The notes under the pieces: model-generated | What the model saw: only the letters and a program-made list of their open reading frames with translations | The model's database searches: none | What the model was told of the DNA's origin: nothing | Source: Octopus vulgaris | Lineage: Eukaryota | Assembly: GCA_951406725.2 (NCBI GenBank) | Contig: OX597824.1 | Location: 20,522,001-20,586,000 of the forward strand | Length of the DNA: 64,000 nt | Reading direction: 5' to 3' | Shown: positions 53,876 to 64,000 of the stretch, one piece after another | Position numbering within the stretch: the stretch's first letter is position 1 | How the letters are laid out: each line of letters begins with the position of its first letter | Translations under genes and position numbers: made by a program

Positions 53876-54214
53876 TTTATCTTTTACTTGCTTCAGTCAT
53901 TAGACTGCGGCCATGTTGGGGCACCGCCTTGAATCTTTTAGTCGAATGAATCGACTCCAGTACTTACTTTTTAAGGCTGATACTTATTCTATCGGTAACT
54001 CTTGCCGGACCGCTAAGTTACAGCGATGCATACACACCAATACCGGTTGTGGTGGTGGGGAGACAAACATAGATAGAAACACACATACACACATATAGAT
54101 ATGCATACATATATATGCACGACGGGCTTCTTTCAGTTTCTGTCTACCAAATCCACTCACAAAGCTTGCCTAAGATGCCACGCAGTGGGACTGAACCCGG
54201 AACTATGTGGTTGG
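53875..54214 (-). mobile_element. Diverged SINE family A copy
   Basis: Family A motifs with more substitutions. Confidence 0.7.
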
Positions 54215-54999
54215 TGTGTGTGTGTGTGTGAGCAATAATAGTATCTGCTATTTTTGCTTATTCATTTATATTTACGTACATTTTCGCATATATTAACTTA
54301 ATTTGAAAGCTAATGACTCAACATATTTTTTCGTTTATAATCATATTTTAGTAACATTAATAATAACTCATTCGCTGCTATTTTGGTCGTTTTTAATATA
54401 ACAACACTTCCACATTTCCGAAATACAGCTTAGACAGAAGACTCGGCACCAGAACCAATTAGATTTACAATACAGGCGTGCTGGCTGTTTGTTGAAAACC
54501 ACAATTCCATAACGCGACTGATAGCAAGTGTTACATATTTTGGTCTAATTCTTGCTTTAGGCCATTATATGATTAATTAGGAAATCTCTGTTTGGAAATA
54601 ATACCATTAACAAAAGACACGGAAGACCTTCGTTGCGTTTGAAGAACGCAGAATGCCAAACAAAGAAAACCGTGTTATCCATTATCTTAATTCCTTGTTT
54701 TATATAACGATATTAACCGGGGTGTCATTTTGTCAGTGATGCATGGCATACACAAACATACATACGCACGCGCACACACATACACAAACATACACATACA
54801 CACACACACTCAGGTTTTAGTGTCAGATAAAATACATTACGATATTTGTTCAGGCTCTGTATTCTCTAGGCTCAAATCTCACTGATGTGAAATTCACCAT
54901 TCGTTCTTTCTGGGGTCGAACACAAAATACTGGTCGAGTGTTACTTGTACCATCCTATCTCCTTCAAACTATCAATTGCAAGTAAAAAAAAAAACATGA

Positions 55000-55231
55000 A
55001 AGGCGGCGAGCTGGCAGAAACGTTAGCACGCCAGGCGAAATGCATAGCCGTATTTCGTCTGTCGTTACGTTCCGAGTTCAAATTCCGCCAAGGTCGACTT
55101 TGCCTTTCATTCTTTCGGGGTCGATAAATTGAGTACCAGCTACGCACTGGGGTCGATGTAATCGACTTAATCCGTTTGTCTGTCCTTGTTTGTCCTCTCT
55201 GTGTTTAGCCCCTTGTGGGCAATAAAGAAAT
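55000..55231 (+). mobile_element. SINE family B monomer flanked by a direct repeat of about 165 bp
   Basis: Flanks 54836-55002 and 55236-55400 are near-identical. Confidence 0.85.
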
Positions 55232-55628
55232 ATATATTACGATATTTGTTCAGGCTCTGTATTCTCTAGGCTCAAATCTCACTGATGGGAAATTCACCAT
55301 TCGTTCTTTCTGGGGTCGAACACAGAAAATACTGGTCGAGTGTTACTGGTACCACCCTATCTCCATCTAACTATCAATTGCAGGTAAAAAAATATGAAAG
55401 CTGAGAATGTATCTATATTTGCTCGCGACCATAAAGGTTCCTGAAACAGATAAGGGAAGCATGGTAAATGTTACTAAGTCACTTTCGATTCCGAGTGACG
55501 GCCGAGGTTTGTGTATATAGGTGCGTGTAGCTGTAGTAGTGTGACCCCACAAGTTCGCTCTGATCAATCGACAACTGATAAAAAGTGTTCGGCTGTGACT
55601 AATCTGTCTTCTATTGGATATCTTAATA

Positions 55629-56050
55629 AAGGTGGCGAGTTGGCAGAATCGTCAGCACATTGGACAAAATGCTTAGCAGTATTTCGTCTGCCGCTACGTT
55701 CTGAGTTCAAATTCCGCCGAGGTCGACTTTGCCTTTCATCCTTTCGGGGCGATTAAATAAGTACCAGTTACGCACTGGGGTCGATATAATCGACTTAATC
55801 CATTTGTCTGCCCTTGTTTGTCCCCTCTGTATTTAGCCCCTTGTGGGCAGTAAACAAATAAGAATCGCCAGCACATTGCACAAAATGCTTAGCAGTATTT
55901 CTTACATCTTTACATTCTGAATTCAAATTCCGTTGAGGTCAACTTTACTTTCATCCTTTCGGGGCCGATAAAATAAGTACGAGTTGAACACTGAGGTTGA
56001 ATTTAATCGACTATTTCCCTCCCGCCAAAATGTTAAGCCTTGTGCCTATA
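55629..56050 (+). mobile_element. SINE family B copy followed by an older family B copy
   Basis: Two consecutive family B bodies. Confidence 0.75.
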
Positions 56051-57151
56051 GTTAAACGAAAGAATAAATATCTAGAACTACATCGGTTAATGTGTCCTTT
56101 CTTTGTTATGAGAGTAGAGTGTGCAAGACCTTTGCCTTTTTGCATTTATCATCTGTATTAAGAGATACTAGAAAATCAAATTGTCTATCACTGGAAATCG
56201 AAACCGAGTCTCAAAACACTAAAATATAAAAACTGGAGTCAAATTCGTATACGAGAGGTTAACAGCAACTGTGATAACAACAATAGTTTTAAATTACAGA
56301 GCTTTCTCCTCCAACACACATTCTCGTAGAACCTGATACTTGATACACCAACAACAGAAATATTTTTTTTAACACGAGCACAAAAATCACACATCTTGGT
56401 GGGAGGGTGAAGTCAGACGAAACCCTGACAGGGGCAAACTACAGCCCGTGGGACATTGTGAATGGCATTCTGAATGATCTTGAATTTATTACTAGTGCGG
56501 CCTACCTTCGGAAAATGTTACCCATGTCTGCCCAAGTATTTGATTGGTGCCTTATCAACTCTTCGAAGGTTAAAGGTATAAAGTAGACTTTGGTAGGTCT
56601 GCTTTACCTCAGAATGTAAAGGGGCGTAACTGAATACTGCAAAAAATCTTATACGTCACTCCATAGATTCTCTGCTTTCCGACACCAACAAGAAATTCGC
56701 TATGTGGTTGCTAAAATGCTAAAAATAACAACCAAATGTCCTCTAAATTACATCTTACTATCTTAAAAAGAACGAACTATACATTGTATAGTGTGATACT
56801 GTTTTACATAGTATATTTATGAATTTTAGCCAACAGCGTATGTACAGACCAATATGGTGTTCTTGTCTTTATATACATTATTTTTATGGGAAGAGTAAAA
56901 AGAGATTGACCAGAACAATAACAGTCTACTTCTGGGACTTCATGAGAGACTAAATTCCGTCTTAAACTGCCTGCGGAAACACTGCTTGTAAACTTACTAT
57001 TTTCCAAAGGTTTAAATAAACTGGGCAAACTGATTTGCATATATAACACATTCTTTGGTGGGTCACATTTTTTTTTCTGTTGCAACTTTTTTCAGTTAGA
57101 GTGGTACCAATCTTGGTGTTGCAGATCAGGTTTGCCTAAAGCAGGTTTAAC

Positions 57152-57404
57152 CAGTACCGTCTTAAGGTACGAGCACACTAGGGGGCCTCATCAGTCTAGA
57201 GACCCAATTCCGATCTGTGCATATTGTGACTTCTTGCCAATAGATATATACTATAGGACCCAATGCGCTGTTTTTTTTTTCGAGGGCCTCACTTGTCTAA
57301 GGGCCTAATTTTGATCTATGTTACTGTGGCTTGCTGTTAATAAATACTTTAGGGTACAGCGCAATGATTGGTCCGAGATCTTATAATTTTCTAAGACGTC
57401 CCTG
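57152..57404. mobile_element. hAT-like MITE
   Basis: Imperfect TIRs CAGTACCGTCTTA / TAAGACGTCCCTG; 8-bp TSD GGTTTAAC (57144-57151) and GGTTTAGC (57405-57412). Confidence 0.6.
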
Positions 57405-58264
57405 GGTTTAGCCCTGTAATGCAGAACATCGAATTGTTCTAAAGAAAGCTCACACGTGGTGTCAATGCTGAACTTGTAAAGCAATCAGCTATAACGCAAG
57501 CTATTAAGTACGTTTTCTTTTGTACGATACGTGTAATTGAATGTAAAAAGCAACTCTGTTTCTATGAGCTGCTTCCAGCAAGTGAGCAATATACCACCAT
57601 TTCTATATATAATACGTTATTAACTAACACTTAATCCGCTGTAAATGAATCACATCTCATTCTTCTCACCAACTGTTTCCGCTTAAAAACTCATTTCTCT
57701 TCCCTTCAATATGTCTGATCTTCCACGTCATGTGTTCAGACATTTTTTTTTCTTGCCCTTTCTGCTTTTCTAGCTCATTTCTCAAACTTCATTCATGTAA
57801 CCCCACTCAATAAAACTATCGTGATCCTCCTCGTCAGCACAACCCTTAATGACGCATAACTTGCGCCACCTCCGTCAAATAATATCAGCGAAAATATAAA
57901 AAAGAGAAATCTTAGCTACTAATACAAAATAGCTTTTTAAATGTGAGTCTATGGACATAGTATATATATATATATATATATATTACACGCTCAAATGTAA
58001 TTTTACAGAAAATAACTCATAAATACGTCAAAAATAACTTTATAGTTTTTTTGGTTGTCTTTTGTTGTTTCTTTTTTATATATTGTTTTACTTTTATAAT
58101 ATGGAAGTTTGAAGAAAAGTAATTGAATTAAAGAAGCTAAGTAGCTAGAAGTGGTGGCGAGACACGGAAAAAGGAGGATGGGTATGAGAAAATGAAGAAG
58201 ATGATATATTACATTGTGTGATCCTTTTGGTTGTGCGTATGTGTGCGTAAGCATATATACTCGC

Positions 58265-58700
58265 TCAGTGTAAAAGGTAGACTGTATGACACATGTGTGC
58301 GAATAGCCATGCTACATGGCAGTGAAACATAGGCCGTGACTGCTGAGGACATGCGTAAGCGCGCAAGGAATGAAGCTGATGGCTGTGTAACGTCAGTGTG
58401 CATACTCGACAGAGTGTAAGTACTGTGAGAGAAAAGTTGGACCTAATAAGCATCAGATGTGGTGTGCAAGAGAGACGACTGCGCTGGCATGGTCATGTGT
58501 CGAGAATGGATGAGGATGGCTATGTGAAAAAGTGACACACCCTAGCGGTTGAGGAAACCTGTGGAAGAGGTAGACCCAGGAAGACCTGGGATGAGGTGGA
58601 GAAGCATGACCTTCGAACATTAGGCCTCACTGAGGTTATGACTAGTGACCGAGACCTTTGGAAATATGCTGTGCTTGAGAAGACCCGGTAAGCCAAGTGA
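58265..58700 (+). mobile_element. RTE-clade LINE 3' end relic
   Basis: Translated pieces VKGRLYDTCVRIAMLHGSET, RRLRWHGHVSRMDED and RGRPRKTWDE are typical of the RTE C-terminus; stops and frameshifts present. Confidence 0.85.
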
Positions 58701-59238
58701 GCCCATAACCTCGTGGACTATTCCAGAGGTGTAACCAGCCCACTTATGCGTACCTTTTCCTTCTTTGGACACAAAACTCTGCTTGCGAAGACCTGTTGAG
58801 GTCTTCGCAAGCAGGTTCCCTTGCCGGTGTCTGTGGAATACTCAACAACATACACGTTAGTCGAGGGCTAGAAAATTCATTTTATTGTACAACGAAATCC
58901 TCATTGTCAAACGGAAATCCATCACTACTAAAGCCATCACTCAAGAGTAGGGCTTGATAGCAAATACCATGCTTTCATTAATAAATTTCGGTGTTCATTA
59001 GGCGCGAGCAAAACCCGACACCTACTCAACCCTCCAAACCTTGATTCGAGAGAGAGACAGAGAGAGAGAGAGGGGGGGGGTTTACACCAGTACTAGGGCG
59101 GGACACATTTTTCAGCTGAGTGGAAATGAAGTGCCTTGTTCAAGAATATAGCGCGTCGCCCAGTTCGAGATTTCGAACCTACGGCTTTGCGATCGTAAGC
59201 TTAACATCCATCTTAATCTCTTTGTTTATTTCTTTTTG

Positions 59239-59278
<40 letters not shown>

Positions 59279-59978
59279 AGACACATACTCCAACACATAT
59301 ATTTTATATTTATCATGATATACAGAAAAGAAAATGAAAAGATTAATGGAAATGACAGAATGGTAATTTGACCATAAATATATCTTCATTCTTCTTGCAT
59401 TCGAACTGAATCTAAAATAAATAATTCTACACCAGTTTTCTAATGCATAGATTTCTTGATATTCAAAAAAATTTTCTTTTTTTTTTTTTCCTTTCTCTTT
59501 TTGAAAGATTTCCACATTATTATAGAGTTGCTTGTTCATTTTCGTGAACTTTTATCAAATGAAGACAAAATGGAATATTTAAAGAATGTTATTTTCGTAT
59601 CTACGCAATTGTATGTAAATAAGAAATCCAATTTATTCAAGAAAGTCATTTCCGGTCGCCAGAGAATGTGCAACACACGAGAAATGACGCAGTTATCTTT
59701 CAAATGATTTTGTGTTTGTTTGCTTGTGTGTATGTTTTTTCAAAACTTTTCATATGAAATACACAAAACGCCGAGTCAACAGTTTCAAAGACTAGTAGTG
59801 AGTCTCAACCGAAATTATAGGGAAAAAAATGCTACATATAATCAGAAACATGGATTCTATTTTTTAAATCGACCGCACATCTCGTACACGGAATAGGGAT
59901 TGTCGAAGAAGATAAGTTAAAAAAAAACACAAAAAAAACACGCACACATAAGAAAGAATACATCAAGAATCACTTGCC

Positions 59979-61172
59979 ATGAGTATTGCAGCAGAAGTTT
60001 TACCAGTGGCTTCCTTATATGTAGGAGATCTTCATCCCGATGTTACAGAAAAAATGCTATACGAGAAGTTCTCGACTTGTGGAACTATCATTTCAATCCG
60101 AGTGTGTCGAGACATGGTTAAAAGGCGATCTCTTGGATACGCCTACATTAATTTCCAGTCAGATTCAGATGCCAAATTAGCTATGGAAAGGATGAATTTC
60201 GCGAATTTCATGGGACGTCCCCTTAGAATAATGCAATGGCAAAGAGATCCATCCCTTCGTAAATCTGGACTAGGAAACGTATTTATTAAAAACCTGGATA
60301 AAGACATCGATAACAGAGCTTTGTACGACACCTTCTCTTTATTCGGTGACATTCTATCCAGTAAGATTGTATCGGATGAGAACGGTTCAAAAGGATACGG
60401 GTTTGTGCACTTTGAGAGTGAAGAAGATGCGCGAAATTGCATTGAGAAGACAAACGGGATGTTACTGAATGGTAAGAAAGTATTCGTTGGTAAATTTGTG
60501 CCCCACCGAGAAAGGAATCGAAATAAGGCATATAGAGGATTTACAAATATATACATTAAAAACTTTAGCGATAAGCTCAACGATGAGTCCCTTCGCAAAC
60601 TGTTTGAAAAATACGGCGCCATAGTTAGTGCCAAAGTAATGGCAGACAATTCTGGTAAGTCGAAAGGGTTTGGATTTGTAAACTTCACGGACAGTCAAGA
60701 TGCCGAGAAAGCTGTGAGAGAAATGAATGGTGTTGAGATTAATGGTAAAGAACTGTACGTTGGACGTGCACAAACAAAACTAGAGAGACTGCTGGCTATC
60801 AAGGACAAATGCCACACTTTAAAGGGGTCACAAAATAAAATTGAAACTGAAAGCACGGACAGCATTATTGTATATGTAAAAAACCTGGACGCAAACATTG
60901 ATGATGTACTTTTAAAGAATTACTTTGCCAAATTCGGTAAAATTGATTGTGCAAAAGTTATGACTCAGAACGGTCGATCGAACGGATTCGGATTTGTGAG
61001 TTTTTCTACACCAGAAGATGCAACGAAAGCTGCGAGGGCGATGAATGGCAAAATACTCAACTCGAAGAAGCTGTACGTTTCATTGGCTTTAAGTAAAGAA
61101 GAACGCAAGGCACAGTTATCGAACAGTTTACTCCAGAAACTCCATTCTAAACCAACTCAATTATGTTTTTGA
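59979..61172 (+). CDS. PABPC: Second intronless PABPC-like paralogue, RRM1-4 only (397 aa), no MLLE domain
   Basis: Strong Kozak context GCCATGA. Motifs [57 protein letters not shown] and [16 protein letters not shown], then stop. Uninterrupted ORF. Confidence 0.93.
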   Translation: MSIAAEVLPVASLYVGDLHPDVTEKMLYEKFSTCGTIISIRVCRDMVKRRSLGYAYINFQSDSDAKLAMERMNFANFMGRPLRIMQWQRDPSLRKSGLGNVFIKNLDKDIDNRALYDTFSLFGDILSSKIVSDENGSKGYGFVHFESEEDARNCIEKTNGMLLNGKKVFVGKFVPHRERNRNKAYRGFTNIYIKNFSDKLNDESLRKLFEKYGAIVSAKVMADNSGKSKGFGFVNFTDSQDAEKAVREMNGVEINGKELYVGRAQTKLERLLAIKDKCHTLKGSQNKIETESTDSIIVYVKNLDANIDDVLLKNYFAKFGKIDCAKVMTQNGRSNGFGFVSFSTPEDATKAARAMNGKILNSKKLYVSLALSKEERKAQLSNSLLQKLHSKPTQLCF

Positions 61173-61805
61173 CACCAACTGCGAAAAATGTATAAACAAT
61201 AACGATCAGGATTCTCATCGCTTTGGATAACAACGACACACGCAATCGACACTCGAATATTATAATAATAGACATCATCATGTAATTTTCTATCATTTTT
61301 GTTGTCTTGTTATTGATTATTGTTCGATTATGTTCGTACCATTATTATCAGATTGTGGGACTGGCAGAATCGTTAGCACGCCGGGCGAAATACTTAGCAG
61401 AATTTCGTCCGTCTATAAGTTCTGAGTTCAAATGCCGCCGAAGTCGACTTTCCTTTTCATTCTTTCGGAGTCGATAAATTAAGTACCACTGAAACAGTGG
61501 GATCGACGTAATTGATTCGTTCCCTCCCCCAAAATTTCAGACACTTGTTCCTGTCCTTCTATCATACGTTCCTATCCCTCAATACTACACCCTGCCCTGT
61601 TAATGGGTCTTGTCATGCAGGCACTTGGTGAGCCCCACTCGTGCTGGTGTTACGAAAAAAGCACCCAGTACACTTTTTGATGTAGTTGGTGTTAGGAAGA
61701 GCATCCAGCTGTAGAAACCATGCCACTGGTGCTCGGCGCAGCCTTCTGGCTCCTGTCGAACCATCCAACCCACAGATAAAAAGGGACGTTAAAGGATGAC
61801 GATGG

Positions 61806-61840
<35 letters not shown>

Positions 61841-62634
61841 CATGCCAAATGTGACATACTACATATTACAAATCAACACTATTAGCTATACTATATGCTA
61901 TATATCGCATGCTACATGTCAATTTTGGCATATGCTACTTCCAAAATAAAAATTGGAATCCGAAGGCAACAATGAATCATCTGAAGAAGTTCACTACTGT
62001 GAAGAAATGAAGAATTTAACGTTTCGGGTCCTCCAGGAAGAGACAGACAGAAAGATAGACAGATAGGAGAGAGAGGGGGAGGAGTGTTGCTGTTGCTTGG
62101 GCTGTGTATTAGTCGCATATTAAGGCGGCCAACTAGCGGAGTCGTTTGGGCGTCAGGTTGACTGCTTGGTGATTTCCATTGCTTTTTTTTTACGTTCTGA
62201 ATTCAAATCTTACCGAGGTCAGTTATACTTTCCATCCTTCTGGGGTCGATAACACTGTACCAATCACACACTAGAAACTATTCTGCTCTTGCTCTCATTC
62301 TACTTTCTGTTTGTCTGCCTTTCTGGAAGAAATCAGCTGCGTCAGATCTTGAGATGGATAGGCTCCTCCCGGGACTAGAAGTGTCCATAACCACGCCGTA
62401 TGTCACGACAAAACCCTAAAAATTCCTTCAATGAGTCGAGGGCCCAAAACAAGGTAAGCCAACATGTATACTAGAAGAATTTCTTAAATGCTAATTATGT
62501 CTAAAGTAGGAGAGTGCGGTTGGCAGGAAACAAAGATGCAAATTCTAAAGAATTTGGATGCTCTTTAGAATTAATATCTGATAAAGTACTGGTTAGGCTT
62601 CACTGATGAAGGGTGTCGTAATAATGAAATATGT

Positions 62635-62811
62635 AGGAGTGGCTGTGTGGTAAGTAGCTTGCTTACGAACCACATGGTTCCGGGTTTAGTCCCACTGCGA
62701 GGCAACTTGGGCAAGTGTCTTCTACTATAGCCTTGGGCCGACCAAAGCCTTGTGAGTGGATTTTGAAGACGGAAACTGAAAGAAGCCCGTCGTAATATAT
62801 CTATCTATCTA

Positions 62812-62853
<42 letters not shown>

Positions 62854-63068
62854 TATGTTTGTGTGTCTGTGTTTGTCCCACCAACATCGCTTGACAACCG
62901 ATGGTGGTGTGTTTACGTCCCCGTCACTTAGCGGTTCGGCAAAAGAGACCGATAAAATATGTAGTAGGCTTACAAAGAATAAGTCCTGGGGTCGATTTGC
63001 TCGACTAAAGGCGGTGCTCCAGCATGGCCACAGTCAAATGACTGAAACAAGTAAAAGAGTAAAAGAGA
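62635..63068 (+). mobile_element. SINE family A copy
   Basis: Full head-to-tail match. Confidence 0.85.
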
Positions 63069-63854
63069 ATAAATTGTCGCCAATATTGCAGGAACAGAAT
63101 TTACTCTCCACTCTTAAGTGACCGAGTCGTTAGAGCTTGACTATACATTATGCTTCACGATATTTTTTACTGACTCACTGCTTTATGAGTTTAAATCCAG
63201 TCGGGATCAACTTTAATTTTTTTCATCCTTTCGGGGTCGATAATAAAAAAAAAACACACTAATCCAAGGCGATGACGATGAATAGGCGGGACTGTAAGAA
63301 TGTCGGACTGGATACCTTGCGGTATTTGTTCCAACTTTTTGATTTAAAATCCCACCATGATTCACTTGAGTGGCAGATTTAATTCGTCAGCAGTTTACCC
63401 CCCACCAACACCTTGGGTGCTTTCCGCGGAGTCACCTCTACTACAAACATTAGGAACATATTTCCGGTATAAAGAAAAACACTGAATTCTTTTAAAATGA
63501 AGTTGGGATGGAATCTATGAGTCGACAGTATAGAAGACGTGTGGCCCAAGATCAGAGGGGTTTTTGTTTTGTGAGGTAAGTGTTGGGATTTACATTGGGT
63601 TTCATCGTAGTTCAGATAGAATAGTTTTTGAAGCTAATGAAGTATTTTTAGAGTTTTAACCCTCGGCATTTAAACTGGCTATATCCAGCCAAAGTATTCT
63701 ACGTGTTTTATGATCAGATCGACCGGACAACACCTCTAACATCTACTCTACAATGTTGATCTAAAGATAAAACAGTCACATCCTCAAAATCGTGACGCTA
63801 CAAGATAATGCATGATTAATTCAAAACGATGAGAATAAATAAGCAAAGTATTCG

Positions 63855-64000
63855 TGGTACTCCGTCGGTTACGACGACGAGGGTTTCAGTTGATCCGATT
63901 AACGGACCGGCCTGCTCGTGAAATTAACGTGCAAGTGGCAGAGCGCTCCACAGACACGTGTACCCTTAACATAGATCTCGGGGAGAGTCTGCGTGACACA
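63855..64000 (-). mobile_element. SINE family C tail, cut off by the window end
   Basis: CTCCGTCGGTTACGACGACGAGGG... as at 5741. Confidence 0.8.

Noticed and set aside
60143-60688. 181-aa antisense ORF, and similar antisense ORFs over gene 1
   Set aside because: Shadow frames of the PABP coding strand with no independent domain signal.
62603-62635. CTGATGA-A...GAAATATGTA hammerhead candidate
   Set aside because: Stem II does not pair and the 3' side is replaced by a SINE, so it is too weak to call.

Overview
AT-rich, microsatellite-dense eukaryotic genomic DNA, most likely an octopus or other cephalopod. That assignment is inferred from the tRNA-derived SINE families and repeat landscape, not from a database search. 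The only intact protein-coding genes are two same-strand, intronless paralogues of cytoplasmic poly(A)-binding protein about 38 kb apart (21923-23122 and 59979-61172). Each encodes RRM1-4 but stops before the proline-rich linker and MLLE/PABC domain. The rest is a nested mosaic of three or more tRNA-headed SINE families, decayed LINEs (Tx1/L1-like, RTE, CR1/Jockey-like, R4/Dong-like), non-autonomous Helitrons, a GGATC-TIR MITE family, hAT and Tigger relics, and simple repeats. Notable observations: (i) the truncated PABP pair; (ii) a circularly permuted PABP fragment upstream of the first gene; (iii) several minimal hammerhead-ribozyme-like motifs in short, often fold-back elements next to (TA)n, consistent with Penelope-like retroelements; (iv) SINE multimers with one fixed junction and locus-private shared variants, suggesting a circular template; (v) a SINE tail shared with a Tx1-like LINE. 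Most short ORFs in the track are microsatellite or SINE artefacts. Repeat boundaries were read by eye and are approximate.
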